This document shows, piece after piece, positions 28,882-38,939 of a stretch of DNA of 64,000 nt. The notes beneath the pieces were generated by a model. The model searched no databases, was not told the DNA's origin, and worked only from the letters and a program-made list of their open reading frames with translations. The position numbers and the translations under genes are program-made. Position 1 is the first letter of the stretch. Each line of letters begins with the position of its first letter. Source of the stretch: Thermodesulfobacteriota bacterium (lineage in GTDB: Bacteria > Desulfobacterota > Desulfobulbia > Desulfobulbales > SURF-16); contig JBDLIE010000004.1 of assembly GCA_039715015.1 (NCBI GenBank), positions 58,991-122,990 on the forward strand, read 5' to 3'.

Positions 28882-28910
28882 TTGACAAGGGTAACGAGTT
28901 CCGATATAAC
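28882..28910 (+). promoter_or_regulatory. Sigma70 promoter of tRNA-Gly/rplM-rpsI
   Basis: TTGACA-N17-TATAAC. Confidence 0.8.
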
Positions 28911-28943
28911 TCCCCCTGTTTCGCACTACTAGACAGTAAATAG

Positions 28944-29019
<76 letters not shown>

Positions 29020-29032
29020 TATATACATTAAT

Positions 29033-29061
29033 AAGGTTCGAAGGCTCTTCGAGCCTTTTTT
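29033..29061 (+). terminator. Terminator-like hairpin after tRNA-Gly
   Basis: AAGGTTCGAAG-GCT-CTTCGAGCCTT-TTTT. Confidence 0.65.
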
Positions 29062-29133
29062 CGTCATAGAAACTGGTATGATCCGGGTCTCCCTGGGTTG
29101 GCTTGTTTCTATATTATTTTAGAGGAAAGTATC

Positions 29134-29562
29134 ATGACCACTTACCTGACACCGGTCAAAGAAATTGAGCATAAATGGTATGTCGTTGACGCCCAGAGCT
29201 TGGTTCTCGGTCGTCTCGCATCTGAGATCGCTACCCGTTTGCGTGGCAAGCACAAGCCTAACTATTCAACATTTCAGGATGTTGGCGATTTTGTTGTTGT
29301 TGTTAATGCCGATAAAGTTAGATTGACTGGTCGCAAGCTTGAAAACAAAATATACTATCATCATTCCGGTTATATTGGCGGCCTGAAAGAGTGTACAGCC
29401 CAGGAACTCCTCGATAAGGATCCTGAGCAAGTCGTTTACACGGCCGTAAAAGGAATGCTTCCAAAAAATTCCCTTGGTCGTACTCAGTTAAAGAAACTAA
29501 AGGTATATGCTGGCGAAAACCATCCCCATGAATCCCAGCAGCCTGAAGAGCTCAAGTTATAG
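29134..29562 (+). CDS. rplM: 50S ribosomal protein L13
   Basis: [28 protein letters not shown]. Confidence 0.97.
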   Translation: MTTYLTPVKEIEHKWYVVDAQSLVLGRLASEIATRLRGKHKPNYSTFQDVGDFVVVVNADKVRLTGRKLENKIYYHHSGYIGGLKECTAQELLDKDPEQVVYTAVKGMLPKNSLGRTQLKKLKVYAGENHPHESQQPEELKL

Positions 29563-29573
29563 GCCGGAGAAGA

Positions 29574-29972
29574 ATGATGTCTGAACAGAAATTCTATGCA
29601 ACTGGAAAGCGTAAATCTGCAATTGCCCGCGTTTGGCTCACTGCCGGAGATGGCAGCGTTGTTGTGAACAAGAAGCATACAATGGCCGAGTATTTTGGCG
29701 GATCCATTGACGAGCGTCTTATCCTGAAGCCCTTCGCCCTCACCGATACCAGTGACAAGTTCAACGTCATGGTAACCCTGAAAGGCGGCGGCAAGTCTGC
29801 CCAGTCCGAGGCCCTGCGGCATGGCATTTCAAAGGCACTTACTGAGATTGACCCGGAAAACCGTGGTACCCTTAAAAAGGCTGGTATGTTGACCCGTGAT
29901 TCCCGCGTGAAGGAACGTAAGAAGTACGGACAGAAAGGTGCCCGTGCCCGTTTCCAGTTCTCCAAGCGTTAA
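29574..29972 (+). CDS. rpsI: 30S ribosomal protein S9
   Basis: [30 protein letters not shown]. Confidence 0.98.
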   Translation: MMSEQKFYATGKRKSAIARVWLTAGDGSVVVNKKHTMAEYFGGSIDERLILKPFALTDTSDKFNVMVTLKGGGKSAQSEALRHGISKALTEIDPENRGTLKKAGMLTRDSRVKERKKYGQKGARARFQFSKR

Positions 29973-30010
29973 AAAAATCCAGCCTGGTTGCTGGTTTTAT
30001 ATTCTTACAC

Positions 30011-30051
30011 AAGGGAAGAGTGATTTTCGGGTCACTTTTCCCTTTTTTTTT
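30011..30051 (+). terminator. Terminator after rpsI
   Basis: AAGGGAAGAGTGA...TCACTTTTCCC-T9. Confidence 0.8.
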
Positions 30052-30113
30052 GCCGAGCAGCATTGTCGTTGCCGTTTTGCTGCATCGGCTTTTCAAGATG
30101 ATAGGTGCAGACC

Positions 30114-31151
30114 ATGTACAAAATTGGAATTGTTGGCGCTTCAGGCTATACAGGCGTCGAGTTGGCCAGACTGCTGGCCAATCATCCTGATGTGGAGCTT
30201 ACTGTTGCCACCTCACGGCAATATGCCGGCCAGAAACTTTCAGATGTTTACCCAAACTTGCGCGGGATTACGGATATTGTTCTGGAAGATGTGGTAATAG
30301 AGGATCTCGTCCAAAGGGCGGATCTTTTTTTTACGGCTGTGCCCCACCAGACGGCGATGAATATCGTTCCTGCTTTTCTTGAGGCCGGCAAGAAGGTGGT
30401 CGATCTCAGTGCTGATTTTCGCATTGACGATGCCGATGTGTATGAAAAATGGTACCAGGCCCATATTGCTCAAGAGTATCTTGCCGAGGCTGTCTACGGT
30501 CTGCCGGAAATCAACCGTGACAAGATCAAAGGCGCACGGCTGGTGGCCAATCCAGGCTGCTACCCGACTAGTATTATCATGGGCCTGGCTCCCCTCTTGA
30601 AAAACGGTATTGTTGACCCTGCTTCCATCATTGCCGATTCAAAATCAGGTACTTCCGGGGCTGGACGAGGTGCAAGTACTGCGACGCTCTACTGTGAAGT
30701 AACCGACGGTTTTAAGGCCTATAAGGTGGGTGGCCATCGCCACACTCCGGAAATTGAACAAGAGATTTGTAAACTTGCCGCACAGGGAGTTACGGTCTCT
30801 TTTACTCCCCATCTTGTTCCCATGGTCCGCGGCATTTTAAGTACCGTCTATGCCGGGTTGGTAAAGGATGTCAGTCAGGCTGAAGTAGATAGCCTGTACC
30901 AGGAGTTTTATAAGGATGAGCGTTTTGTAAGACCCTGTACTCCTGGGACCTTTCCTGCTACTCAGTTTGTCCGCGGTAGTAATTATTGCGATATCGGCTG
31001 CAAGGTGGATCCGCGCACCAAGAGGGTGGTCATCGTTTCTGCCATTGATAACTTGGTGAAAGGTGCTGCCGGACAGGCCGTTCAGAACATGAATCTTGTT
31101 CTTGGCCTTGAAGAGTCTGCCGGCCTCGGTGTTGTGCCTCTTTTTCCATAA
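30114..31151 (+). CDS. argC: N-acetyl-gamma-glutamyl-phosphate reductase
   Basis: [47 protein letters not shown]. Confidence 0.97.
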   Translation: MYKIGIVGASGYTGVELARLLANHPDVELTVATSRQYAGQKLSDVYPNLRGITDIVLEDVVIEDLVQRADLFFTAVPHQTAMNIVPAFLEAGKKVVDLSADFRIDDADVYEKWYQAHIAQEYLAEAVYGLPEINRDKIKGARLVANPGCYPTSIIMGLAPLLKNGIVDPASIIADSKSGTSGAGRGASTATLYCEVTDGFKAYKVGGHRHTPEIEQEICKLAAQGVTVSFTPHLVPMVRGILSTVYAGLVKDVSQAEVDSLYQEFYKDERFVRPCTPGTFPATQFVRGSNYCDIGCKVDPRTKRVVIVSAIDNLVKGAAGQAVQNMNLVLGLEESAGLGVVPLFP

Positions 31152-31154
31152 TCC

Positions 31155-31964
31155 ATGCGTAATATCAAGCTTCTCATTAGTTTTGACGGCACCGATTTCT
31201 GTGGTTGGCAGCGCCAGCAAAATCTGCCGACAGTACAAGGTCTTATTGAAGAGACGCTTGCCATTATCTGTAATCAATCCATTATATTACATGGGGCAGG
31301 GCGCACCGACAGCGGTGTACATGCCCTGGGTATGGTTGCAAATTTTTTGACCAGTTCAGATATTGCTTGCTCCGGTCTGCAAAAAGGGCTTAATAGTCTG
31401 TTGCCTGAGGCGATTCGGATTCTGGCCGTGGATGATGTTGGGCAAGATTTCCATGCCAGAAAAAGTGCCCGGGCCAAAACATATTGGTACCATTTTTCAA
31501 CTGAACCCATGGTTCTTGCCACAAGTAGGCTCTATGTCACTTCTCTGCCCGGTCCTTTTGACGGTAAAGAGGTGGGAAGATGTCTTAAGACTATCTTGGG
31601 TAACCATGATTTCTCCTCTTTTGAGGCCACGGGTTCCAGGGATATAAGCCGGACATCGGGGCGGGGAGCGGTGCGCACTATTTTAGATGCTTCCCTGGTT
31701 CTGGGCCAAAATCCTCACCAGTTCAAACTGATGTTGCGTGGGGATGGATTTCTGCGTAAAATGGTGCGCAATATTGCTGGTACGTTGTTTGAGGTTGGTC
31801 AGGGACGGATGACTGCACAACAGTTTCTAGAAGTTCTTGAGGCCAAAGACCGCAACCTGGCAGGACCAACCGCACCGGCATGTGGTCTTTTTTTGAGTCA
31901 TATTGAGTATGACGGGACTGAGGCAGCGAATTCAGCTCCTGTTGCTAACAATAAATTAAAATAA
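31155..31964 (+). CDS. truA: tRNA pseudouridine(38-40) synthase
   Basis: DGTDFCGWQ, GRTDSGVHA, FHAR, FLRKMVR, TAPACGL. Confidence 0.95.
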   Translation: MRNIKLLISFDGTDFCGWQRQQNLPTVQGLIEETLAIICNQSIILHGAGRTDSGVHALGMVANFLTSSDIACSGLQKGLNSLLPEAIRILAVDDVGQDFHARKSARAKTYWYHFSTEPMVLATSRLYVTSLPGPFDGKEVGRCLKTILGNHDFSSFEATGSRDISRTSGRGAVRTILDASLVLGQNPHQFKLMLRGDGFLRKMVRNIAGTLFEVGQGRMTAQQFLEVLEAKDRNLAGPTAPACGLFLSHIEYDGTEAANSAPVANNKLK

Positions 31965-31989
31965 TTTTTCTTCTCTAAAAGGTAGAGCA

Positions 31990-33198
31990 ATGAGCGAGCA
32001 ACCCATCTCCTTGGCAGCCAGGATGTCTCAGATTAAGCCTTCTCCCACCCTGGCAGTAAATGCCAAGGCTAAGGAGATGAAAGCTGCTGGGGCTGATATC
32101 CTTAACTTTAGTGTTGGTGAGCCTGATTTTCCAACCCCTGATCACGTTTGTGAGGGCGGTAAACAGGCCATTGAGGAGAAATTTACCAGGTACACGGCAG
32201 TACCCGGAATTCCAGAACTGCGGGAAGCCATCGTTAAACGTTTTAAGGATGATCATGGCTGGGAGTATGAGGCTGACCAGGTCCAGGTCTCCTGCGGTGG
32301 TAAGCATGGCCTTTATAATATGGCCCAGGCCCTTTTCGGCCCTGGTGATGAGGTGCTTATCCCGACGCCCTATTGGGTTTCCTATCCACCCATCATTACC
32401 CTTACCGGGGCAACTCCTGTGCTTGTTTCCTTGGATGAGAAGGACGATTTTGATCTCACCGAGGAGAATCTTAAGAAATTTGCCACTGAGAAAACCAGGG
32501 GCATTATTCTTAACTCCCCATCCAACCCCACCGGGGCGGTTTTTTCTGCAAAGGCTCTGAGGTTAGTGGCGGATATGGCCCTTGCCAATGGCTGGGTGGT
32601 CATCTCTGATGATATTTATGATACCATTGTCTACGGCGACGAACCCTTGCCCCATATCCTCGATATCGCCCCTGAATTAAAAGATCAGGTGGTTATCTCA
32701 AACGGTGTTTCCAAGTCCTTTGCCATGACCGGCTGGCGTATCGGCTACACCCTTGGCCCTAAGCATATCATTGCGGCCATGAACAAAATTCAGAGCCAGT
32801 CCACCTCCAATCCATCCTCCGTAGCGCAACGGGCCGCTTTAGCCGCTGTTTCCGGCCCCCAGGATTTCCCTGCCACCATGAAGGAGTCCTTTGTGCCGCG
32901 GCTCAATTATATCCTCTCAGAGATGACCTCCATTGAAGGAGTTACCTGTGTGGTGCCAAAGGGAGCTTTTTATGTTTTCCCAAATCTCTCAGCCTATTAC
33001 GGTAAATCGTACGATGGCAAGGTCATTGAGGGGTCGGTGGATATGTCAGCCTATCTTCTAGAAAAGAGCTTCATGGCCACTGTACCTGGTGCCGCCTTTG
33101 GTGCTGACGAGTTTGTCCGCTTCTCCTTTGCCGCTTCCATGGATGATATCAAGGAAGGCATGAAGAGACTGAAAGAGGCCATTGCTAATCTGAAGTAA
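31990..33198 (+). CDS. aspC: PLP-dependent class I aminotransferase (aspartate aminotransferase-like)
   Basis: GEPDF, NSPSNPTG, DDIY, SKSFAMTGWRIG, GAFY. Confidence 0.9.
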   Translation: MSEQPISLAARMSQIKPSPTLAVNAKAKEMKAAGADILNFSVGEPDFPTPDHVCEGGKQAIEEKFTRYTAVPGIPELREAIVKRFKDDHGWEYEADQVQVSCGGKHGLYNMAQALFGPGDEVLIPTPYWVSYPPIITLTGATPVLVSLDEKDDFDLTEENLKKFATEKTRGIILNSPSNPTGAVFSAKALRLVADMALANGWVVISDDIYDTIVYGDEPLPHILDIAPELKDQVVISNGVSKSFAMTGWRIGYTLGPKHIIAAMNKIQSQSTSNPSSVAQRAALAAVSGPQDFPATMKESFVPRLNYILSEMTSIEGVTCVVPKGAFYVFPNLSAYYGKSYDGKVIEGSVDMSAYLLEKSFMATVPGAAFGADEFVRFSFAASMDDIKEGMKRLKEAIANLK

Positions 33199-33221
33199 AT
33201 TTCTGACTGGTCCCAGCACAT

Positions 33222-33261
33222 AAAAAAAGGCGATTCTCAATAAGAGAACCGCCTTTTTTTT
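33222..33261. terminator. Bidirectional terminator
   Basis: A7-GGCGATTCTC...GAGAACCGCC-T-tract. Confidence 0.8.
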
Positions 33262-33292
33262 ATGAATAACGATAATAAGGGCAGAGTAGTTA

Positions 33293-33466
33293 TCAGTCCT
33301 CTTCACTCATCGCCCAAGTCCATTGGTCCAAGGGTTTTGGGTTGGAGACAGGTTTTGAACCGTTGCTCTTATAGCATTGATACACCCAGCTTCCGTCTTT
33401 TGTATAAATTTTAATCAGTCCAAGCGAGGGATGCGTGTACATCCCATCTTTATACGACCCGTCCAT
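33293..33466 (-). CDS. Small hypothetical protein, 57 aa (not in ORF track)
   Basis: CAGGAG SD; MDGSYKDGMYTHPSLGLIKIYTKDGSWVYQCYKSNGSKPVSNPKPLDQWTWAMSEED*; ends just before the terminator. Confidence 0.7.
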   Translation of the reverse strand: MDGSYKDGMYTHPSLGLIKIYTKDGSWVYQCYKSNGSKPVSNPKPLDQWTWAMSEED

Positions 33467-33530
33467 GCTACTCTCTCCTGCTTTTTTCTTTGTTTTACCG
33501 CCTAAAAGGTGGACTCATTTATAGAACAAT

Positions 33531-33565
33531 TCCCTCTCCTTGGAGAGAGGGTCAGGGTGAGGGGG
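33531..33565. repeat. BoxC-like intergenic element
   Basis: TCCCTCTCCTTGGAGAGAGGGTCAGGGTGAGGGGG. Confidence 0.6.
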
Positions 33566-33592
33566 AAATACATTGGCGTAAATCCCTTAAAT

Positions 33593-34096
33593 TTATTCCT
33601 CTTTCTTATCCAGGCATGTAGCGATACATGCAGAGCAATTATCCTTGGTCTGGCCAGTGGCACAGAAATCGCTAAAGCTCTGTATCCAGTCTGCACCACC
33701 TCGGGGGCATTCTTCAACAAATTTTACAAAATTTATCATCCGGTCAATGATTTTTCTGGGCGCGGCATGCTCAATTTTGCAAGCGCCTTCGTCGGCGGTC
33801 TTCTCATCTACAGCCAGCACCTTGATGAAAAAATCTTGAAGGGCCTGGTGACGGCGGATGATGTCAGCACTTACCTCTTCACCTTTTGGGGTAAGGGTAA
33901 TCACTTCGTAGGGGGCGTAATTAATCAGGCCTTTCTTGGCCAGAGAACGGAAAGCCTCAGTCACCGAGGACCGGCTGACGTCAAGTTCAGCGGCAATTTC
34001 CTTGGCACGGGCAACCTGTTTTTCGGCGATGATATGGGCAATGACCTCAAGATAATCCTCAAGGCTGGCACTGAGTTGTTCATCATCCTGCATCAT
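33593..34096 (-). CDS. DtxR/MntR-family metal-dependent regulator
   Basis: LSASLEDYLE, IAAELDVSRSSV, LTPKG, RRHQAL, ACKIEH; Cys-rich C-terminus. Confidence 0.92.
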   Translation of the reverse strand: MMQDDEQLSASLEDYLEVIAHIIAEKQVARAKEIAAELDVSRSSVTEAFRSLAKKGLINYAPYEVITLTPKGEEVSADIIRRHQALQDFFIKVLAVDEKTADEGACKIEHAAPRKIIDRMINFVKFVEECPRGGADWIQSFSDFCATGQTKDNCSACIATCLDKKEE

Positions 34097-34512
34097 GGAT
34101 AACTCCTGTGTTTTGCTCCATTAAAATAATTCCTGAATGATTTACATTACTTTAACTAAGACTACCTGTGCCACAGGATAATTGCTACGATTTTGTCGAT
34201 GATTTTTGAGCATTGTTTTGACAAGAGAAATCGTCATATGACGTTGCAAGTGATTTGTGAAATAGGAGAATGTACTCTTTTTTTATGGGACAATTTTAAT
34301 TTTCATTAAATTATTCTGACTCAGTTTTAATCTGCATTAAAAAACATGAACTCAACAAAAATGATATGCCTGATTTCCTTTGCTTATTAGGAATTACTAT
34401 GAGTAAAATTCTTGCGAATGAGCCGCTGTTTTGTTATAAGTACTTGAAGTTTAGCCTAAAAACACCATGAGTGAGTGGGGCATCATCCTTAAAAATTGTG
34501 AAAGGTGAAAGT

Positions 34513-34980
34513 ATGAATGAAAAAGGTTTTACACTTATCGAACTTATCGTCATTATCGTCATTCTTGGTATCCTGGCGGTGACAGCAATTCCTAAATATC
34601 TCGATATGACAAATGAGGCGCGTACGGCAAGTGTACAGGGTCTTGCTGGAGGATTAGCTGGTGCAAATTCTATAGTTCATGCAGCATGTTTACTTGATCC
34701 GCTTTGCGATGTTTCTATTGCTGGGCAAACCGCTACAGTTAGCGGCCAAGCTGTCACTGTTGATTTTGGATATCCTACAGCTGATGCTGCTGGTATCCTC
34801 GCTGCCATGGATATTACGTTAGGTAATTTCTCCACAACAGTAGTTGCTGGTCCACCAGACAATCTAGTCTTTCACTTAACAGCTGCCGCTGGTAACAATT
34901 GTGAGGCTGTATTTACTGAAACAAATGTCGCAGGTACCGCAGCAACCATCACGACAGATACAACTGTTTGTAATTTCTAA
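34513..34980 (+). CDS. mshA: Type IV major pilin, MshA-like
   Basis: KG|FTLIELIVIIVILGILAVTAIPKY, ARTASVQGLAG, FGYPTA; own terminator. Confidence 0.85.
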   Translation: MNEKGFTLIELIVIIVILGILAVTAIPKYLDMTNEARTASVQGLAGGLAGANSIVHAACLLDPLCDVSIAGQTATVSGQAVTVDFGYPTADAAGILAAMDITLGNFSTTVVAGPPDNLVFHLTAAAGNNCEAVFTETNVAGTAATITTDTTVCNF

Positions 34981-35007
34981 AGTCAAATTTCTCAGACTTG
35001 GATTCAT

Positions 35008-35044
35008 AAAAAAAGCTGCCCCTGTTAAAGGGGCAGCTTTTTTT
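35008..35044. terminator. Bidirectional terminator after the pilin gene
   Basis: A7-GCTGCCCCT-GTTAA-AGGGGCAGC-T7. Confidence 0.88.
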
Positions 35045-35170
35045 ATATCTGATGAACACCTAGATTTTCAATAGGTGTTCTCTTTCTAGCGCCAGAAGTT
35101 AACTGCTGAACAATTGACATATGATCAATAGGTAGTTGGCTCTGGGATTAAATAGCATCGCAGTTTGAGA

Positions 35171-36409
35171 TCACCCCCCCCGCATGACCGACATCAACGA
35201 CCACATGGGAGTGAAGATGGCCAGGGCGATAAAGCCGACCATGATACCCATGAAGAGCAGGAGCATGGGCTCAATGAGGGTGGAGAGATTTTTGATGGTG
35301 TATTCGGTTTCCATCTCGTAATAGTCGGAGACCTTGTCCATCATTTCATCCACACGGCCCGATTCCACACCGACGCTCACCATCTGGGTTATCATTTCCG
35401 GAAAGAGGTGCTGGCGGGCCATGGCCTCATCAAGGGCGATACCTTCCTCTACCTCGGAGGAGATCTCGGCAAGTTGATCACGGAGAATGAGATTCTCCAG
35501 GGCTGCGGAAGAGAGACCAAGTGTTTTGATGATATCAATGCCGCTTCTGGTCAAAACAGCAAAGACCCGGCTGAAACGGGCCATATAGATCTTGGTGTAC
35601 AGATCACCAAAAACGGGCAGGCGGATGGTTATTGAGTCGCGAAAATGGACAAAGTCCCTGTACTGGAGCCCCATGCGGTAAAGAAATACCAAGCCCACCA
35701 CAAAACCGATGATAAGAATATTATAGGTGGCACAAAAATCACTTATAGTGATGAGTAGTCTGGTGGCAAAGGGCAGCTTTACTTTGGCATTGGTAAAGAG
35801 GGTCACAAATTTAGGGACTACATAGCTCATCAGGAAGAAAACAGCGGAGAACAGGGCTATGACAACTATTTTCGGGTAACGGGTGGCTGCCTTGATTCGT
35901 TCCCGGATCTCTTTTTCGTTCTCCATCAGGTCTGCCATATAACCAAAGGAGGTGTCGAGGTTGCCTGACTCCTCACCGACCTTAATAATATTTCTATAAA
36001 GTACTGAAAAGATTTTTGGCTGCTTTTCGAAGGTGTCGCCAAGACTTTCCCCCTGCTCAACCTCAATCCGTATTTTGAAAATTACCTCGCGCAGAAGGGG
36101 ATTGGTGACCTGCTTGCCAAGAATTGTCAGAGTACGAAGCATGTCCACCCCGGCAGAAAGAAGAGTAGAGCATTGCCTGCAAAAGAGGATGTGATCTTCG
36201 AGGTTTATTCCCTGCCATTTCTCAAGGAGGGATACCTTGTGTTCTGCCCCCTCATCAGCTTTGCCATTTTCACCCGCAGCAATGATACTCACCGGAGTAA
36301 GACGTTGGGCCATGAGCCATTTTTCAACGTCCGTGACAATATCGGCCTCGTGGGTGCCGTGCTTGGAGACGCCGCGGCTATCTATGGCTTCGTAGTAGAA
36401 AGCAGGCAT
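35171..36409 (-). CDS. mshG: Inner-membrane platform protein (PilC/GspF/MshG)
   Basis: VGEESGNLD, AATRYP, VVPKF, GVESGRVD, LIEP. Confidence 0.9.
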   Translation of the reverse strand: MPAFYYEAIDSRGVSKHGTHEADIVTDVEKWLMAQRLTPVSIIAAGENGKADEGAEHKVSLLEKWQGINLEDHILFCRQCSTLLSAGVDMLRTLTILGKQVTNPLLREVIFKIRIEVEQGESLGDTFEKQPKIFSVLYRNIIKVGEESGNLDTSFGYMADLMENEKEIRERIKAATRYPKIVVIALFSAVFFLMSYVVPKFVTLFTNAKVKLPFATRLLITISDFCATYNILIIGFVVGLVFLYRMGLQYRDFVHFRDSITIRLPVFGDLYTKIYMARFSRVFAVLTRSGIDIIKTLGLSSAALENLILRDQLAEISSEVEEGIALDEAMARQHLFPEMITQMVSVGVESGRVDEMMDKVSDYYEMETEYTIKNLSTLIEPMLLLFMGIMVGFIALAIFTPMWSLMSVMRGG

Positions 36410-36411
36410 GG

Positions 36412-38043
36412 CTACTCTTTATGCTCCAGAGAAAGACGCAGCACTTCGTCAAGGGATGTGACTCCTGCCAGTACCTTACCCAGGCCTGTTTGGCGTAGAT
36501 TCTGAAAACCTTCAAGGGCTGCCTGGCGAGCAATCGCCCGGGAAGAGGCCTGTTCCATGATCAGTTTTTCGATCTCTTTAGAAAGTTCAAGGATCTCATA
36601 GATCGCTGTTCGGCCCCGATAACCTGTTGATTCACATTTTGAGCACCCTTTTGGGCGATAAATGACAATCTCATCCTGAGGGGTGGTAGGGAAAAGATCT
36701 GTGATTGAGGGAGTGATTTCCTGCCTTTCTTTACAGGAGGGACAAAGCCGTCGTGGCAGACGCTGGGCAAGGACCAGGCCAAGAGATGAAGCGATCAGGA
36801 AGGGCGGGATACCCATATCAATAAGACGAGCCACAGCCCCGCAAGAGTCATTGGTGTGTAATGTGGAAAGTACCAGATGGCCGGTGAGAGCTGCCTGAAT
36901 GGCAATCTCAGCCGTCTCCACGTCACGAATCTCACCAATCATGACAATGTCAGGGTCCTGGCGGAGAATGGAGCGCAGGGCAGAAACAAAGTTGAGACCA
37001 GCTTTGAGATTCACCTGCACCTGGTTGACGCCGGCCAGGTCGTACTCCACCGGGTCTTCAACGGTGATGATATTTTTTTGCGGACTGTTAATCTTATTGA
37101 GGGCGCCATAGAGTGTGGTCGTTTTACCACTACCGGTTGGGCCGGTGACCAGAATAATCTCATGGGGCATGGCAAGATGGTCGCGGAAGATTTTTTCCTG
37201 GGCCGGTTCAAAGCCAAGGGCAGTAAGTTTAATCTTCACCTTGCTTTTGTCCAGCAGGCGCATAACCACCTTTTCGCCGTTTCTCAAGGGGAGTACTGAG
37301 ACCCTGATGTCAAATTCCTTGCCGGAAATGGGAATTTCAATACGGCCATCCTGGGGTTTACGGCGTTCACCAATGTCCAGCTGGGCCATGATCTTGATTC
37401 TTGAGATCAGGTTGGGATGCATTTCCATGGGATAAGAACGGATGTTTTTCAGAAGACCGTCCACCCGGCAGCGCACTCTGACATCCGCGATATCCGGCTC
37501 AATATGAATATCGCTGGCCTCGGCACGAACAGCCTGGATGAGTACATCATTAATGGCGGCCACTGCCTCACTTTCATCACCCTCGCCGGCAGGTATTGTG
37601 CCCGGTAAATCCGCCATACTGCCATACTGTTGATCGATAGCGGTGGCAAGAAGCGACTCCATAGCCACACAGGGAACCAGGGTGCCTTGGAGGTGTTGGG
37701 CAGCTGCGTCAATTGCAAAGATGTTAAATGGGTCAGCCAGGGCGACTAAGATTTCGCCAGTCCTTTTGCCAATGGCCAATAATTTGTTTTTGCGGGCGAC
37801 ACTTTCGGGAATGGTGGCAACAATTTCCGGATCAAGGACAATTTTGTTGAGGTCAACATAAGGGATTTGCAGCTGTCTCGACAGGGTGAGAGCAACTGCT
37901 TCTTCTGTAACAAAGCCCAGGTCAAGAAGGGCCTGGCCCAGCTTGACGTCATTTTCGCGGCCAAACTTCAAGGCCTGCTCTAACTGAGAACTGGTTATCA
38001 GGCCACCATCAACCAGGATGTCGCCAAAACGTTTTTTTGCCAT
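36412..38043 (-). CDS. mshE: Pilus assembly ATPase (PilB/GspE/MshE) with N-terminal MshEN-like domain
   Basis: ASDIHIEP, PQDGR, GPTGSGKTTTLY, EDPVEY, LRQDPD, TGHLVLSTLHTN, two CxxC. Confidence 0.93.
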   Translation of the reverse strand: MAKKRFGDILVDGGLITSSQLEQALKFGRENDVKLGQALLDLGFVTEEAVALTLSRQLQIPYVDLNKIVLDPEIVATIPESVARKNKLLAIGKRTGEILVALADPFNIFAIDAAAQHLQGTLVPCVAMESLLATAIDQQYGSMADLPGTIPAGEGDESEAVAAINDVLIQAVRAEASDIHIEPDIADVRVRCRVDGLLKNIRSYPMEMHPNLISRIKIMAQLDIGERRKPQDGRIEIPISGKEFDIRVSVLPLRNGEKVVMRLLDKSKVKIKLTALGFEPAQEKIFRDHLAMPHEIILVTGPTGSGKTTTLYGALNKINSPQKNIITVEDPVEYDLAGVNQVQVNLKAGLNFVSALRSILRQDPDIVMIGEIRDVETAEIAIQAALTGHLVLSTLHTNDSCGAVARLIDMGIPPFLIASSLGLVLAQRLPRRLCPSCKERQEITPSITDLFPTTPQDEIVIYRPKGCSKCESTGYRGRTAIYEILELSKEIEKLIMEQASSRAIARQAALEGFQNLRQTGLGKVLAGVTSLDEVLRLSLEHKE

Positions 38044-38072
38044 TGTCTACAGGGTATCCAAGTAAATTGTAG

Positions 38073-38930
38073 TCAAACGGAAACCGGCCGCAATCTGCCC
38101 CAGAAGTTGAGAAGAGGTCTCATCTCCAGGGATTCGGCGGCATCTTTAATGCTTTTTTTGTCAATATGCTGGTTACCTGAAGCATAGGACATGAGCAGGG
38201 CACGGGACATCAGCTTGTTAATCAGCCGCGGCGTGCCGTTTGTGTAGCGATGAATTATTTTATGAACGCTGGGTTGAGGAGCAAGGTCTGCTCTGCCAAC
38301 CCTGTTAAGCCTGAAATTAATATAGGCAGCCATTTCACTGCGAGATAAAGGATAAAGCGTCTCAGAAATGGTGATTCGCTGCCGGAGCTGGCGTAGTGAC
38401 GATTTGTATATTTTCTCTTTAAGCTCTGGTTGCCCCACCAGGAGGATTTGCATGAGCTTTTGCTTATCTGTTTCAAAATTCGACAAAAGCCGCAGCTGTT
38501 CGATTGAGTCTTCCGGCAGGTTCTGTGCCTCATCTATGATGACTAAAAGCCTTTTCCCAAGAGGGTTACGGTTTAAGAGGTAGTCGTAAATTTTTTGAAA
38601 GAGTGCCGGGGCGCTTAGGGAGCTTGTGTCCCCGTTAACCTCATCTAGATCTTGCAGGATGGCGAAAAGCAGGTCGCGGGGGGAGAGCTGGGGGGAGATA
38701 ATATAGGCGGTGTCGTAATGGCTGTGCAGGTAGTTGCTCAGCTTACGGAGCAGCATGGTTTTTCCTGTTCCCACCTCACCATAAATGATGAGAAACCCCT
38801 CACCCATATCAAGGCCGTAACGAACAACCTCAGCAACAGCGGAGTGGGACCGGGAAGGAAAATAGAAGTCGCGGTCCGGGGTAAGGCGAAACGGTTCTTC
38901 CTTTATGCCAAAAAAGCTCAGGTGATTCAT
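38073..38930 (-). CDS. mshM: ExeA/MshM-family AAA ATPase
   Basis: PFRLTPD, GEVGTGKT, IDEAQNL, LVGQPEL, LRQRI, GTPRLIN. Confidence 0.88.
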   Translation of the reverse strand: MNHLSFFGIKEEPFRLTPDRDFYFPSRSHSAVAEVVRYGLDMGEGFLIIYGEVGTGKTMLLRKLSNYLHSHYDTAYIISPQLSPRDLLFAILQDLDEVNGDTSSLSAPALFQKIYDYLLNRNPLGKRLLVIIDEAQNLPEDSIEQLRLLSNFETDKQKLMQILLVGQPELKEKIYKSSLRQLRQRITISETLYPLSRSEMAAYINFRLNRVGRADLAPQPSVHKIIHRYTNGTPRLINKLMSRALLMSYASGNQHIDKKSIKDAAESLEMRPLLNFWGRLRPVSV

Positions 38931-38939
38931 TGGTCAAGA

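Noticed and set aside
28673..28888. N-terminal extension of HisB in the 271-aa ORF
   Set aside because: Overlaps the tRNA-Gly promoter region; HisB homology starts near 28672
34160..34190. Sigma54 promoter (TGGCAC on the minus strand) upstream of the regulator
   Set aside because: No TTGC at the required -12 spacing
34513..34980. Conductive e-pilin of the Geobacter type
   Set aside because: Long pilin of about 150 aa with sparse aromatic residues and MshA-like features
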